Below are positions 51,770 to 64,000 of a stretch of DNA of 64,000 nucleotides, in pieces. A program made the translations under genes and the position numbers. Within the stretch, counting starts at the first letter, position 1, and each line of letters opens with the position of its first letter. The DNA lies in contig NW_024704742.1 of assembly GCF_018977255.1 (NCBI RefSeq), forward strand, positions 31,808,001 through 31,872,000, in the 5' to 3' direction. The notes beneath the pieces are model-generated. The model was not told the origin of the DNA and made no database searches. It was given only the letters and a program-made list of their open reading frames with translations. The stretch is from Callorhinchus milii. Lineage: Eukaryota.

Positions 51770-52030
51770 AACTTATTTGATCTTCTCCTTCTAGAATATC
51801 CATCCGTACTCTTCCCGTTGCAGCATCAAGCTGTTTCCTAAATGAGTTTGGGGATGGTTCCTGTTCCACATGGCAATCACTTTGTGTAAAGAAATGTTCC
51901 TGCAGTGGCTGATGAGCTGTTGTGTCTTGCAGGAAAGACCTTGTAAGGAGATCTGTCCACATTATTCGAGGTTGTGATAGAAAAGTCCTTTGTGTGTAGT
52001 CTCACCACCAAGGTTTTTAAGTCACAGAGC
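51770..52030 (-). mobile_element. CR1 3' fragment
   Basis: EHFFTQ...FRKQLDA-like translation on the minus strand. Confidence 0.6.
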
Positions 52031-53152
52031 AGGATCAAACACAAAACACAAGCTTTGTTTTCCTGTTTGATTTTAGTTTTGTTTTTTGTAGTTAGATGAT
52101 GATGTGCCTCCATAATTAACTTGAAAGATGTTTCCTAAACCTTGGAGGAAAACAGTTGTTTTCCTCACAGCAACCACCCACCTTGAGATGTTTTCCTTCT
52201 CACAGATACTGATAATTCTAGCTTTAGTAATCCATTAACTTCTAAGCAAATATGTCTGACTGGGAGTTGGGTTTGGTTTAAATAGGAGTTTGGAAAATGC
52301 AACCTATAATGCAGTCGGAAAGTGGCACCCGACTGCTATGAGCTCAGGGATGGAATGTATCCTTTGCAGTCCACCTACCCAGTGCTCTACCAACCCCACT
52401 TCGCTCAGTCAGCTCTGGGCTTCTGCACATTCCTCAACCTCTCTGCTCCATCATCAGTGGACATGCCTTTAGCCACTATGCCCCAAACTTCTGAAAATTT
52501 CTGCCTCAGTCTTACACCCTCTTTACCTATCTATCCAAGTGCTCTGAGATGCTATCCTGCATGGAGGCCGCTATATAAGTGCAAGTTGTTTTTGTTGTTG
52601 TATCTTCTAATTGCCCAAGTTTGCCATCAATCTCAGTGCTTGGAGTTGCTACACTGCATGAAGGGTGCAATATAAATATACATGATTTGTTGTTATTGTT
52701 GCTCCTTCCTTTATTTGCTTATTTGAAATATACACATTTGATGCTATTTTACTTTTGTGCAGCTAATATTTTTTGCTATTGATTTTATGCAAGTGATAGT
52801 CAAGATATCTGCGATATCCGAGAAGTTTTACATCCAGTGAAGGAGTGCTTTGCTCTGGCTGGAAGTGTTTTGGATTATGATGGAAACCACTGTGGAGGAC
52901 AAGAGATAGATCTTGGGTTACGAAAAGGTGAACGTATGAAACTATTGTCAGGCTAGCAAATCTGGCAAACAGGCTGGATATTTTACAAAGTGCTGTGTGT
53001 AGGAAGTTGGCTATCAGAAACCAAGTAAGAGTGGCCAACACTGAAGCTTTCTGAGAAGTCGGCTGGAGTAGTGACAGCTGAGAGGTTTGATATGAGCAAG
53101 GCATGTGTCATGAAGATTGCAATGCTCAAAAAGTGATGAGAAAGGATCACAC

Positions 53153-53410
53153 TTTTTGTTTGGTCAGTCCAGTGTCTAACACATGTGGAAAACCATCACC
53201 ATGCTGAATAAAATCCAAGCCATACTGAGAGTTCCATGTATATCATGGAAATTCACGTGTCTGGAAAGTAATGAGCACTCTCTTTCCTGCAGGATCCACA
53301 TGGCTTCCCGAATTAAGCATAAATTGACAAGACTAAAAACTTGGGAACCGCAGAGTGTACATTGGGCATACTGCTGGAGTTTAACCAACATAGTTTGCCA
53401 TTGAAAGTAT
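53153..53410 (-). repeat. Repeat family X, diverged copy
   Basis: tttttgtttggtcagtccagtgtctaacacatgtggaaaaccatcaccatgct...ctgagagttccatg...cagagtgtac...ctgctggagtttaacca. Confidence 0.65.
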
Positions 53411-53729
53411 CATATGGAAGGCCAAAGCTAAGGTGGAAGAGTGATAAACAGACAATTGTGGAATTTGGTAGAGTGCAATGAACAAAGGTGAATTCCAATG
53501 GGATTTTGTAGCATGCTGGATATGAAAATTGATTCAATAAATTAATGATGAATATTTTGATTTTGTATCAGTTTTTGTGTTCATTTTTGTATTGTACAAC
53601 TTTCAGTAATAATATTTTGCACTCTGTTTTGAACAATGGACTAAACTTATGCATGCATTTTATCTGAATAATTAGACATACTGGACTCGCCTCATCTTAC
53701 AAGACTACAAGAGATGCTCAACTGAAGAG

Positions 53730-54150
53730 TGCCCATGTGAACTCATCCTTCCAAACAACCAACTCTATCGTCTTCTCATTACAGCATCAAAATATTTCTT
53801 GAAAAAGTCCAGTGATCTGGCTCCAAGTCCCTACCTAGTAATTCATTCCAGCTGTTGACCACACTCAGTGTAGAGAAATACTTCCTGGTGTCCTTCCTAA
53901 ACCCATCCATCACAATTCTGAGCCTGGCCGTGTCACACTTCTTGATTATGGGAACTGCATTAATTTGTTTCCAGTGTATTGAAACCTCCCCAGTGTTCAC
54001 TGACTCACTCAAATAACTGTCAGCGCTTCACAAATCTCATGCTTTATCACTCTTAAAACCCTGGTGTACAGTTTTGGCGATTTATTGGTTTTCAACCCTT
54101 TGATTCTATCTAGAATTTTGACCTCCTTATTACCAGAATCTTAGACCTCA
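53730..54150 (-). mobile_element. Degraded CR1 fragments
   Basis: DTRKYFSTLSVVNSWNELL-like translation. Confidence 0.6.
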
Positions 54151-55796
54151 CATAATGGGTCAACTTTGTGGTATTTACTTAATAGGATTTCTTAATTAGG
54201 AAATCTGTAAGTCTCTGATATCAACTCCACAGGAATGCTCCAACTTGATCTATTCTCGAAGCAGGATTCTTTTGAGTCAGCATGACGTATTTCTGGTGTC
54301 CAGTTACCTCTGCAACTTCCTGCAACCCTATTGCCCACCTACTCTCTCCACTTGACAAACACCAATCTGCTTCAAGTACCTTGCCCATTCCACCCCACCA
54401 TTGGTGGGCGAGCATTCAACCATTCTGCCCCTGCTCTCGGTAGCATCCTCCCAACGTGAAGGACACCATATAAATGTGGTAGATATTGTTGTATACTTTG
54501 ACTTGGCAATCTGTAGTAATTCCCAAATGTTGCACTCATTTTTTTGTTTAGCCCTTGTTTTTTGTTAAGCAATTCTAACTAGAAATTTTAATTCCATGGC
54601 TTTTCCTGGTGATGCAAATATCTTAACCTAACTTACAGGTAAGAAATCTCATGCACCCTTCACCCTTCCTAGTTCTTCTTATTAGCTGCATTCTGACTTA
54701 CATCATCCCAGTTTACCCATGTCCCTGGTATTCCTCCAACATTAAATGTTACCGCCAGTACATTTAGTTTTGTTTTGAATGTTTCTGACATTTATTTAAA
54801 CATATCTAATTTTAACCTCCCTATTTACTTGCTTAATCTTGCTAGCTGGGCCTTTCTTTGATCTTTTTGCTAGGGGCTGAGATGGTGTTGGAGTTCAGTG
54901 CAGGGACTTGGACGATATCCAATTATAACAGGGAAATTCCATTAGAGGTTGACATCATCAATGTTGCTTCACTCAACGCTGACAGGAAGTCAACCACTGG
55001 CCTCTCTAAATCAAGAATGTTACATTATTACAATGCAGAGTCAACTCAGGTCTCGTACATACGACCAATGTGTTTGTACGAATACACTATGATTGATATA
55101 CATTATATATATTTCACTTTTTAACTACCAGAACAACACTGATCAGAAATGAAACAATCATTTGACTCAAACCAGGATGACTTGCTCATAATACATTCAC
55201 TCCCTTTCACAGTCCCTGTCGAGTCAAATATCTTTTTTTCTCTCTCACTGTAAATGTCTCAGCTTCACAGTGTTAGATGGCAATCTATTCCTTAAGTATA
55301 ACCAGTTATTCCTTAGGCTATGTTTAGCTTGAAGTTCCCTTGACTTATAATCATACCCACACCATTAACACAATGATTAGATTACGTGTCTTTGTGGTAT
55401 AGATAGGAGGGAAGCAAAACTGAATTTGTGGCTGAGGTTGCTGTGCCATACAGACTGGCTGGGTACTTTCTTGATAGAATGTCAGCAATGTCTGGAAATT
55501 TTAGAAGTAAGAAATATACATAATATAAATATACATAATATGATACAGAACACATTTAACTCTTCAATGTATTGTGCTGTGGGAAGCTAATGTGCACATT
55601 TGTGCCTGTTCTAGCAAACATGAAGATTGGTAAAAAAATTATAATCTTTAAAAAATTATAATTCAGTATAGCACCTTGTTTTCACCCACAAAATATACAA
55701 TCAATCCACTTTGCAGTATATTCTGTGAAATGCTTTAAAATGTCTCAATGATGTGATAAGGCACTATATTAAATGCAAGGATTATTATTATTGTGG

Positions 55797-56196
55797 CGTC
55801 AAGAACTGTCAAAGCGCTTCATGGGATATACTGTAAAATGTATATGTTGTGGATGAACGTGGTAGCCAGTTAGTTGTGCACAGCAATGTCCCACAAACAG
55901 CCACAGAGTGAGTGACCAATTTTGTTTGGGGATTGTTGTCCAGGACACTGGGAGAAACTCCCTTCTCTTTTCGAATAGTGCCATGGGATCTTTAACATCT
56001 ACCTGAACAGGCAGAGGGACCTCGGTTCAAAGCCTCACCCAATGGATGGCCCTCCGAAAATGCAACAACCCCCCCACCCCGCCCATCAGTGCCCTGACAG
56101 CTTAGACTATGTGATTCCAAGGCCCGAAGTGGGGCTTGAACCCACAACCTTCTGACTCAGAGGCAAGAGTGCCACCAATAAGCCTGACTGATACAC
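55797..56196 (-). mobile_element. Old Deu-domain SINE, near full length
   Basis: Reverse-complement Deu core and head (aacccacaaccttctgactcagaggcaagagtgccacc). Confidence 0.82.
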
Positions 56197-57059
56197 AGGT
56201 TAGTTCCAACTCCTCCAATTGGCAGCAATGGGTTCTCAAGACTGGAAGTGGGGTTAGTAAGACTCAATGTGAACTGCGCAGCAACATCTGATTAGTTGGC
56301 TATACCACACTTCATCCATATTCACCTGTCAAAGCCCTCTTCTCTCTGTTTCTTTCCTCTGTTTGGCGCCCCCATCAGCACATTAATTTTAAGACTGATT
56401 GTGTCATTTTACTCTCCAAATTCCAACATTAACCCAATTGGCTTCATGGCAGAATTTCAGACCGGGTACAAGGGAAGGTAGAAATACTTCTAGGAAATAT
56501 GTAAACAAATCCAAAACATGGGACAACAAATTCTAAATCATTGATTCCTTTGAAAGGAGACATGGGTTTTGATATTCATTTTCTGGTGTCAAGACTTGGT
56601 GGGAATTTTGCTTTGAGCTCCGGCTTCTGACTCTGCCACATCATATCCTTCAGCTACATATTCTAAAAGAAAAGGAAACCAGAACATGCAGTAACTGCAC
56701 AGCAGGTTGATCAGTATTTGAAAGACAAAGGTATCTGAATGTTCAGCAGATCATTGACCCGCTGGGCATTGCCTGCATTCAGATTTCCACAGCATTTTCT
56801 TTCCTTTTTATCTGTCTGATCAAGTGAACGTTAAATATCCTATGGCATTATTCAAACAGAGAAGTGAGTTTCTTCCGGTATCCTCACCAGCATTCCTCCA
56901 CAACTATTGTTCTGACTGAATGACTGACTGACTGACTGACTGTCAGATATGAAATAATGTAAAAATGTAATCCTTGCATTTGATATTTTGTGCCTTATTA
57001 AGTCATTGAGATGCCTCAAAGTGCTTCAGAGGATAGACTGAAAAGTGCTGTTGGCATTA

Positions 57060-57765
57060 AGTCTTGGTTCAGCCTTAACTTCCTTTAGTTAACAAAACTG
57101 AAACCACCTTGCCAGTGTCTTCTTACTTCTGGCTCTGACTCTATCAACCTTTTCGACGGTTCATTCTTACTAACTAAGCCAGTGAATAACCTTGATGTTC
57201 TTGTGGCTTGATCACCAGCTCTGCTTCAAATCCTATGTCTGGTCGCTGAATAAAAAGCATTTTTTCCATTTCCATAACATTGCCCACTTCTGCCCTATCC
57301 ATCCTCATTGTACCACTTCTGCAGCTGAAACCCTCACCCATAATTTTGTCACCTTATTCTCCAATGCTGTCACTGGCCTCCTTTACTCCATCCATTGCAT
57401 TCTCCAACTTATCCAAATGTCTGCAGTATATAGCCTTCCTACGTTTGTCCCTTCTTACCTTCTCTTAAAACATATTTTCCTGTCAAGGCCCTCTGTTCTT
57501 CTCTCTTTTCTGCTACTCGTTTCTCACTCCTTCTATCCCATCATTGGTGGCTGAACCTTTATCCACAATATCTCTGTCCTCTAAAATTCTTTTCTGCAAC
57601 CTTCTCCCTATGCTCCTTCTCTCCTTGACTTCAAAACTCTTGAAAAATGTTCTTCTCTCTGGTCAACACCTTTCAATTATCCTTCATCTCCTTGGTTCCC
57701 CCTAATATCTCTGTGAAGCACTTTGAGTTGATCATCCGACATGTTATATAAATGTATGTTGTTGT
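57060..57765 (+). mobile_element. Degraded L2 3' region
   Basis: FFHFHNIAHF, SAAETLTHNFVT, LQLIQ resemble [26 protein letters not shown]. Confidence 0.75.
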
Positions 57766-59184
57766 AAATTAGTCATTGGACATAGTTGGTTTTGGGATCC
57801 TGCCAGGATCAATGACTGCCACGTTTGCTGACCAAAACAATTTCGATAGTTGTCCGTTATTACCAGTGAAGCATTCTGAGTTGTCTCGATGTGAACAGTT
57901 CTTTCTTTAGTTCTATCACTTCCGCTATTCCTCCAAGGAATTATGAATCACCCAGCAGAAGTTCCAATTAGTTCTGGTGTCTTTAAATTTTCAGGAGCAA
58001 AGAAAGTATCTCAGCTACAAAACGTTCCCCACTCCTTCCCCCCAAACCCCCCTCCCCCCCCCAAAAAAAAACCCCACAGACACACACACGCATGCACACA
58101 AGGAAACATTAATAGTACAGAAGTGATGAAAATGTACAGAGAGTGAACCTGAATGAGGCTAATTGTATGAATAGTTGTGATGCGGTGAAATATGCCTACT
58201 GGAAATTCCCCACTGAAGCTGGGGTGTGTCCAGGAGTTTCTGTTCTTTCCTTGAACCCAGTCCAGTTACTCAAGTTGGTGATTTGCACCCACCCATTACA
58301 GCATATAGCATAGAGTGAAAATCATTTGGATTTCCAAATACAGTGGAAGTTTTAGAGATTCGAAACTGGGTGGGGAAAAAAAAAGGAAACAATGAATTGG
58401 TAGTGGACTCTGAGCGCTCCATTCTGCAGCTTTCATACCTCAGCCCTATAGTGGACTGGAGGTGAAGGTGACTGCTGTGAAGGAGTCTTTTAGTCTCTTT
58501 AGAGATTTGATATGAAGAAAGTCTGAGTCACTGCAGCTCTCTTCACAGCAAGGCGCGACCAAAGAGATCAGAGCCGCTCACTGAAACATCCAAGTATAGA
58601 CCAGCAAAATAGCACCAGACACACCACTTGTGTTTTGTGTGAACTGAACTGATGCTGAAAATAAAGTCAAGGTCAGTGCTTCTTTGATCCTTTCCACCAC
58701 TGTTGTTGTGATATAATCCACCCCTGTATAGAATCAGCCTGTCTATTTCACAAGGAAGTCTCTCCCCAGTGTGTTTATTCTGGAATCAATCTCTCTCTCC
58801 TTGGCAGATTCACTCTGCCTCTCCTCCAACACAGTAACCCCCTGCAAATGTTCTGGTGAGCAACACATGAAATATATGAGAGCATTGCCACTATCCTCTT
58901 GCCCAAACACACATACCTTCATTGAGCTTATCTCCCTGCAAATCAATCAAGGTGGATACCAGCCCCTGATTTATTAATTTGCTACCACGTTTTAGGATGA
59001 AATGGAGGTGGTCTCCGGTATCACAATGGTTGAGAAATACTAATCTAACAGAACGCAAACCACAGATTTATTACCCAACATACTATTTCTCTGAAGTGAT
59101 TTTAATCTTTAGCCTGATGGCTGAGCTCAGTAGGCTAGGGTGCATTTTATTATCGAAAAATAGAAGACCCTATTACAGAAAAAT

Positions 59185-59562
59185 GGAGTCCTGTAGATTA
59201 GTGGTTAGAGCACTCCTCGCAAGTGAGAGGACCCAGGTTCGATTCCCAGGTGGGACGAAATGTTAGGCAAGTTTCCTTACTCCACACGCCTCTGTTTACT
59301 TAGCAGTAAGTAGGAAGCCAGTTCTTAGTCAATTGGCAGATCGCTTTTCCGGGGGTAATAATCCCTTCAAAAAAACCATAATAATAATAAGTTGGTCACT
59401 CAATCCACAACTGTTTGTGTGACACTGCCTAGAGCAATTGGCTGCCGCGTTCCTCTCACAAAATATACAGTCAATTAATTTTACTGTACATTCTATGAAG
59501 TGCTTTGAGACGTCTCGAAGACGTGATAAGGCGTTATATCAAATGCAAGGATTATTATTATT
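59185..59562 (+). mobile_element. tRNA(Ala)-headed SINE, long variant
   Basis: Full head, extra segment, tail gagacgtctcgaagacgtgataaggcg. Confidence 0.9.
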
Positions 59563-59614
59563 TATCTGAAAGAAACCAGGGCATGCAATCCAGCTGTTTT
59601 TTTTCATTAGATCA

Positions 59615-59850
59615 CAAGATTGGTCTGGATGAAGAAGGACACTTTGGCCCATCCAATTTCATCGCTCCAGAACTCCCACCCTACTGTCAAGTTGTTTTTT
59701 AAATGAGTCCAATGTCCTGGCCTTGATCACACTTCCTGGCAATCAGCCATTGATTACCCTCTGAGTAAAGGAAAGCATCCTCGTATCTGTCCCTAATTTC
59801 TTTTTGCAACTCTACACCTATGTCCTCTTGTTCTACTGTCTTGTTGCATC
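59615..59850 (-). mobile_element. CR1 3' fragment
   Basis: ttggtctggatgaagaagg...ggcccatccaa tail complement; accctctgagtaaaggaa. Confidence 0.6.
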
Positions 59851-59996
59851 CTAAAGTACAGTAAATTCCTGATAAATTAGCACTCCAAGGGAAAAGGGCT
59901 CAGTGAAACGTTATCCAGAGTGCAAGTTAGGCATATGTATAAATACATAAATAAATGCAGCCAGGATATTGACAGCATGATGACTTAAGTAGTAGT

Positions 59997-60321
59997 GGAG
60001 TCCTGTAGCTCAGTGGTTAGAGCACTCGCTTTGCAAGTGAGAGACCTGAGTTCAATTCCAGGCAGGGCGAAACCTTGGGCAAGTTTCCTTACTCCACATG
60101 CCTAATAATAATACCTCCAAAAACTAAAAACAATAATTAAATTGGTCATTTTCAATCTACGACTGTTTGTGGGACATTGCTGTGTGCAATTGACTGCCGC
60201 ATTCGCCCACAAATATACAGTCAATTCACTTTACAGTGTGTTCTGTGAAGCGCTTTGGGACGTCCTCCTGACGTGAAAAGCGCTATATCAAATGCAAGGA
60301 TTATTATTATTATTATTATTA
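59997..60321 (+). mobile_element. Young full-length tRNA(Ala)-headed SINE, short variant, TSD tagtagt
   Basis: tagtagt at 59990-59996 and 60322-60328; tail stem-loop gggacgtcctcctgacgtgaaa. Confidence 0.94.
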
Positions 60322-61589
60322 TAGTAGTGACAGGTTAAGACAAGATCAAGTTATCAGGAGTTTACTGTATTTATCTGTGTATACTTTTTCAATTCATCTT
60401 AAAATGTTACACAGCTATGAGGTCCCCTCTGAGTAGCCGTCTTCTCTCTTTTTCCCTTCCTTAGTCCAGGCTGATGAAAACTTCTTGATGTAGAATAATA
60501 GTACAGTATGTCACAGCAGCCTATACAAACAGCCTATTTAGCCAATGTGACAACTGAGTGATCACCGTGTGATGATAGTAAATAATAACCCTCTGATGGA
60601 GTCAAAAACGGAAACGTGTGAAATTGCTTCGCAAGTAATTGTTTATGTGACTGCCTTTGTAGTCAAACATGGCAGCCAATGTGCACACAGGAATGTCCCA
60701 CAAACCTCCATGAAGTGAGTGATTTGTCTGCAGGTTTGACCAAGACTAGTGTCATTTATGCAGTCTATCCTTCCAACCCGCAGCTCATGATGGCACAGCC
60801 TACAAAATTACCTTGAGTGAAGCAAGGTATGCAACTGTACTCTCAGCACAAATAAACATCTTGAGGAGAGAAAGGGAGAAAAGTGTAAATAAAAGAAGGC
60901 AACACATTCATGGTAAATTGTTGCATAAAACATAACATTGAGCTAGCAGGATATTGCAAAGCTGTACCTCACCTCAGCTGCAAATTGGAGGAGTTGAAAT
61001 TAACTTGTGTGACACAGAATAAACAGTCAATCCACTTCACAATATATTCTGTGAAGTGCTTTGAGATGTCTCAACGATGTGATGAGGCATTATATCAAAT
61101 GCAACGATTATTTTTATTATTACCGCTGCCTAGGAACCAAAAGCTGCAAAAAGGCTTATGTTTAAGGTAAGCAAATTCCCCAGTATCCATTCCTTAGCTC
61201 AGAGTTTCTTCATAACACACACTCTACTGATAGTTACCCATTTTTAAGGATCCTGAGCTGAACCATCTGGATCTTTGTTCAAATGAATCAAAAATTTATT
61301 GAACACATGTGCCATCTCTTGATCTTCTGTAACATCTTTTCCTATGCTATCCCCTAAGGAACCTATCTGCCTTTTTAAAAAAAAATGGAGTGTGTCTGAT
61401 TGTTTTTGTAATTTTCTTCCCATTGGTATTTGCCACTGCTGATGCCCTGGCCTCCTCGTGATGGAGCATGGTTCATTGCCAGTAGTGCCCTATTGGCCAT
61501 TGTTCAGGTATGAGCCTTATCAGTGAATGATGGTGGCCGCTTCAGCTTCTTCTCAGCCAGCTGCCATACACACACACTAAACACACGCA

Positions 61590-61700
61590 CGCACGCACAC
61601 AGGACCAAGAGCGGGAACCCTAGCTGTTTTAATCCTTCCTACCTGGGGTAAGTCAGGGCTGATTTATTCTCCCCATGTAGCCTCTGTTGAGACCAGCAAA
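61590..61700 (-). mobile_element. AmnSINE2-like remnant
   Basis: gagcgggaaccctagctgttt...ccttcctacctgggg resembles, from memory, the reverse complement of the AmnSINE2 body. Confidence 0.4.
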
Positions 61701-61747
61701 CTAAACACTGAACAAGGGCTACTTGACCGTAAACACAGCATCCACCA

Positions 61748-61847
61748 TCCATTATGCCATCAGGTCTAACCATTACACCATCAGCTCTATCCATTACACA
61801 ATCAAGTCTATCTGTTATACCATTAAGTCTATCCATTACACCAACAG
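61748..61847. repeat. 21-bp minisatellite, ~4.7 copies
   Basis: Unit consensus tccattacaccatcaagtcta. Confidence 0.85.
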
Positions 61848-63794
61848 ATCAGCCAACAAAAATATTGTCCTTTGTTAACACAACTGAAACATTTCCTGGA
61901 CCCTGTGTGCTGATGTCTGCAATACTTCCTCTTACTTCTTATAAAGTCTTTTCACTTGTGACCACAATGTCTTTTTGTGAGTTCCTGTTCTCATTATATT
62001 TTGTTTGCATTTTTAAAATATTTCTATTCACCTCCAAAAAGGCAAAACACCCCCAGAACTGTATTGGAGTGTCAGCTTAGACTATGTGATTCAAGTCCCG
62101 ACCTGGGACTGAATGCTACCTGTGGCAGGCTGTCATAGAAGCTCGATCCAACTCCTCCAACTTGGCAGCAATGGGTTCTGAAGGCTGGAAGTGACGGTAG
62201 CAGACTCTCAATTCTAATTGCACAGGAACATCTGATAAGTGGGCTATTGTAGAGAACTTGCCTCAGGTTTTGCCCTTGCCTAGGAATCGAACCCGGAGCC
62301 TGGCACATCATGGCAACTTCCTGTTCTTCACACCAATGCCATGGGATCTTTAACATCCTCTGGGACAGGCAAGCGGCACCTCATTTTAACATCTCAGAGA
62401 AGGATGGCAATGCAGGGCTGCACTCAGTACTGTACTTGATATGACCTCAAGTCCTAGTTTGTGGGGTTCAAATCACAACCCCCTCATGCAGAAGCAAGAA
62501 AGGTACCAACAGACAAAATTGTGAAAGTTTCTACTTTTTTCCCCCTTCACCGATATTATTGGTTTGGGCTGATATCACTGGAAATAAGGTTTGGGCTGAT
62601 CGCTAACGTGAAGGATTCCTCCACTGGCAACACTCTTGTACCTGGAAGCACAACAGCTTCTCTGAAACACCTCCACAGTGTCCTGGACTAATGTCATGGT
62701 ACAAAATGCCTTAAAGGTCAAAAAATAGGGTCCGAAACATCGATCTATATTACAGGGGAAGAAAAGCAACCTAGTCTCCTTGTTCCATTAACTGATTTAG
62801 ATTGATGTATATTGTGGGAAATTGCCTTTTAGCTGCATTCCTTTAGCAAACCTATAAAACACAACCATAGCTTTCATTTTAATAAATGCACAAATCAGGA
62901 GCTAACATTTGCAGGCCAAATTAGCAATTCCATACGACTGCAATCTAATGTGGTGGTGAACCAAAATGTCACATAAGTTTTTCCTCACCTTCTACTAATA
63001 AGCTATCAGTAATTTCTAATGCTTTTGTTAGGTGACTGTATGAGCCCTGTAGGTTGATTAATGGAGCAGACTGCGGGATATAATGATGCAAGGCCAGTTT
63101 ATTAGATCCCTGGAGTACACTGCAGTTTGCGTTAAAGTAACAGGCATTTTTTTATTGGGAACTCATGTCATTGAAATGTCAGCGGAAATTTATTTGTAGG
63201 CAAATATTTCTCGTTCATTTGCCCAACCGTACCGAACAGCGGGACAATAGGAGCTGCTCTCCCCGGCCATATTTCTGCTGCCTTTCAGTAGTTAACTGGT
63301 AGCTGAACCTCTTAAATCTTTCGGTCACTGCACTTTACAGTATGGCTTACTTGAAATTACGCAGAGTGATATGACACAGAAACAGAACATTTAGGCCAAT
63401 TAGTTTGTGCTGGTGTTTTTAGTCCACCCGGGCCCCCATCCCTCCTATTCCCCTTACCTAAACCTCTCTGTTCCATTCTCCCTCTTATACGATATCAGTC
63501 CTGGTGCGGTCTACTGCTCCAACCTTCTATGCAGACATACTGCTATTATATATCATGTTCAGCACTGGCTTGGGTGGGGGCCTGAAGTGTCCATGTGGTA
63601 CTGTAAAATAGGAATGTTTTTCATAGGATAAATAATGAGACGATTTTCACTGATGGGCCAGGCAGCAGCAGGACCAAGTAAACCAGGAATTGTCACCAGA
63701 AGAAATCAGACAGTTTGGAATTAGAAACACTTACACAGAGAATTGTTGAAGATGAGTTTATCACAGCATCTGAACAGGATTAAGTATATTAAAA

Positions 63795-64000
63795 ACACGC
63801 ATTTATATAGCACCCTTCATGTGGGGTAGCATCTCGAAACGCTTAACAGTGATGGAGCCCGATGCCGAGCCGGGAGGAGAGAGGAGGTGACTGTAAGCGC
63901 GATCGAAGAAGATATTCTGGCATGATTTGACAAAAGGGAAAGAGGGGGCAAGGTGGAGGGATTGAGGAAGAGAATTCCAAAGTAGGGAAGAAAAAGTAAT
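63795..64000 (-). mobile_element. L2 3' fragment (second tail type), runs off the window
   Basis: gcatttatatagcacccttcatgtggggtagcatctcg...gagcccgatgccgagcc; matches 39191-39350. Confidence 0.75.

Noticed and set aside
52790..53150. Possible decayed L1/Tx1 3' coding remnant
   Set aside because: Only a vague resemblance; no motif I can support by eye
61639..61836. ORF with 7-aa repeats, or a CRISPR-like array
   Set aside because: Head-to-tail 21-bp minisatellite with no spacers and no cas genes; eukaryotic context

Overview
Eukaryotic, repeat-dense, apparently intronic/intergenic vertebrate DNA. The repeat mix (Deu-domain tRNA SINEs, L2 and CR1 LINEs, a Penelope-like element, AmnSINE2-like remnants) points by inference to a cartilaginous fish, probably a chimaera/holocephalan. 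There are no prokaryotic genes, operons or CRISPR arrays, and nearly all ORF-track entries are spurious or transposon-derived. The only long ORF is a 5'-truncated but uninterrupted L2 reverse transcriptase (29596-31473). Main observations: (1) an L2/SINE partnership, with a shared 3' stem-loop and evidence of module swapping; (2) decayed hammerhead-ribozyme motifs in Penelope tails; (3) a 7-copy A-tailed repeat family I cannot classify; (4) an unusual nested L2 insertion with a 14-bp TSD and an inverted tail copy; (5) a candidate minus-strand first coding exon at 37237-37384; (6) a few candidate regulatory sites. I found no convincing wholly new biological system. Repeat boundaries were read by eye and are approximate.
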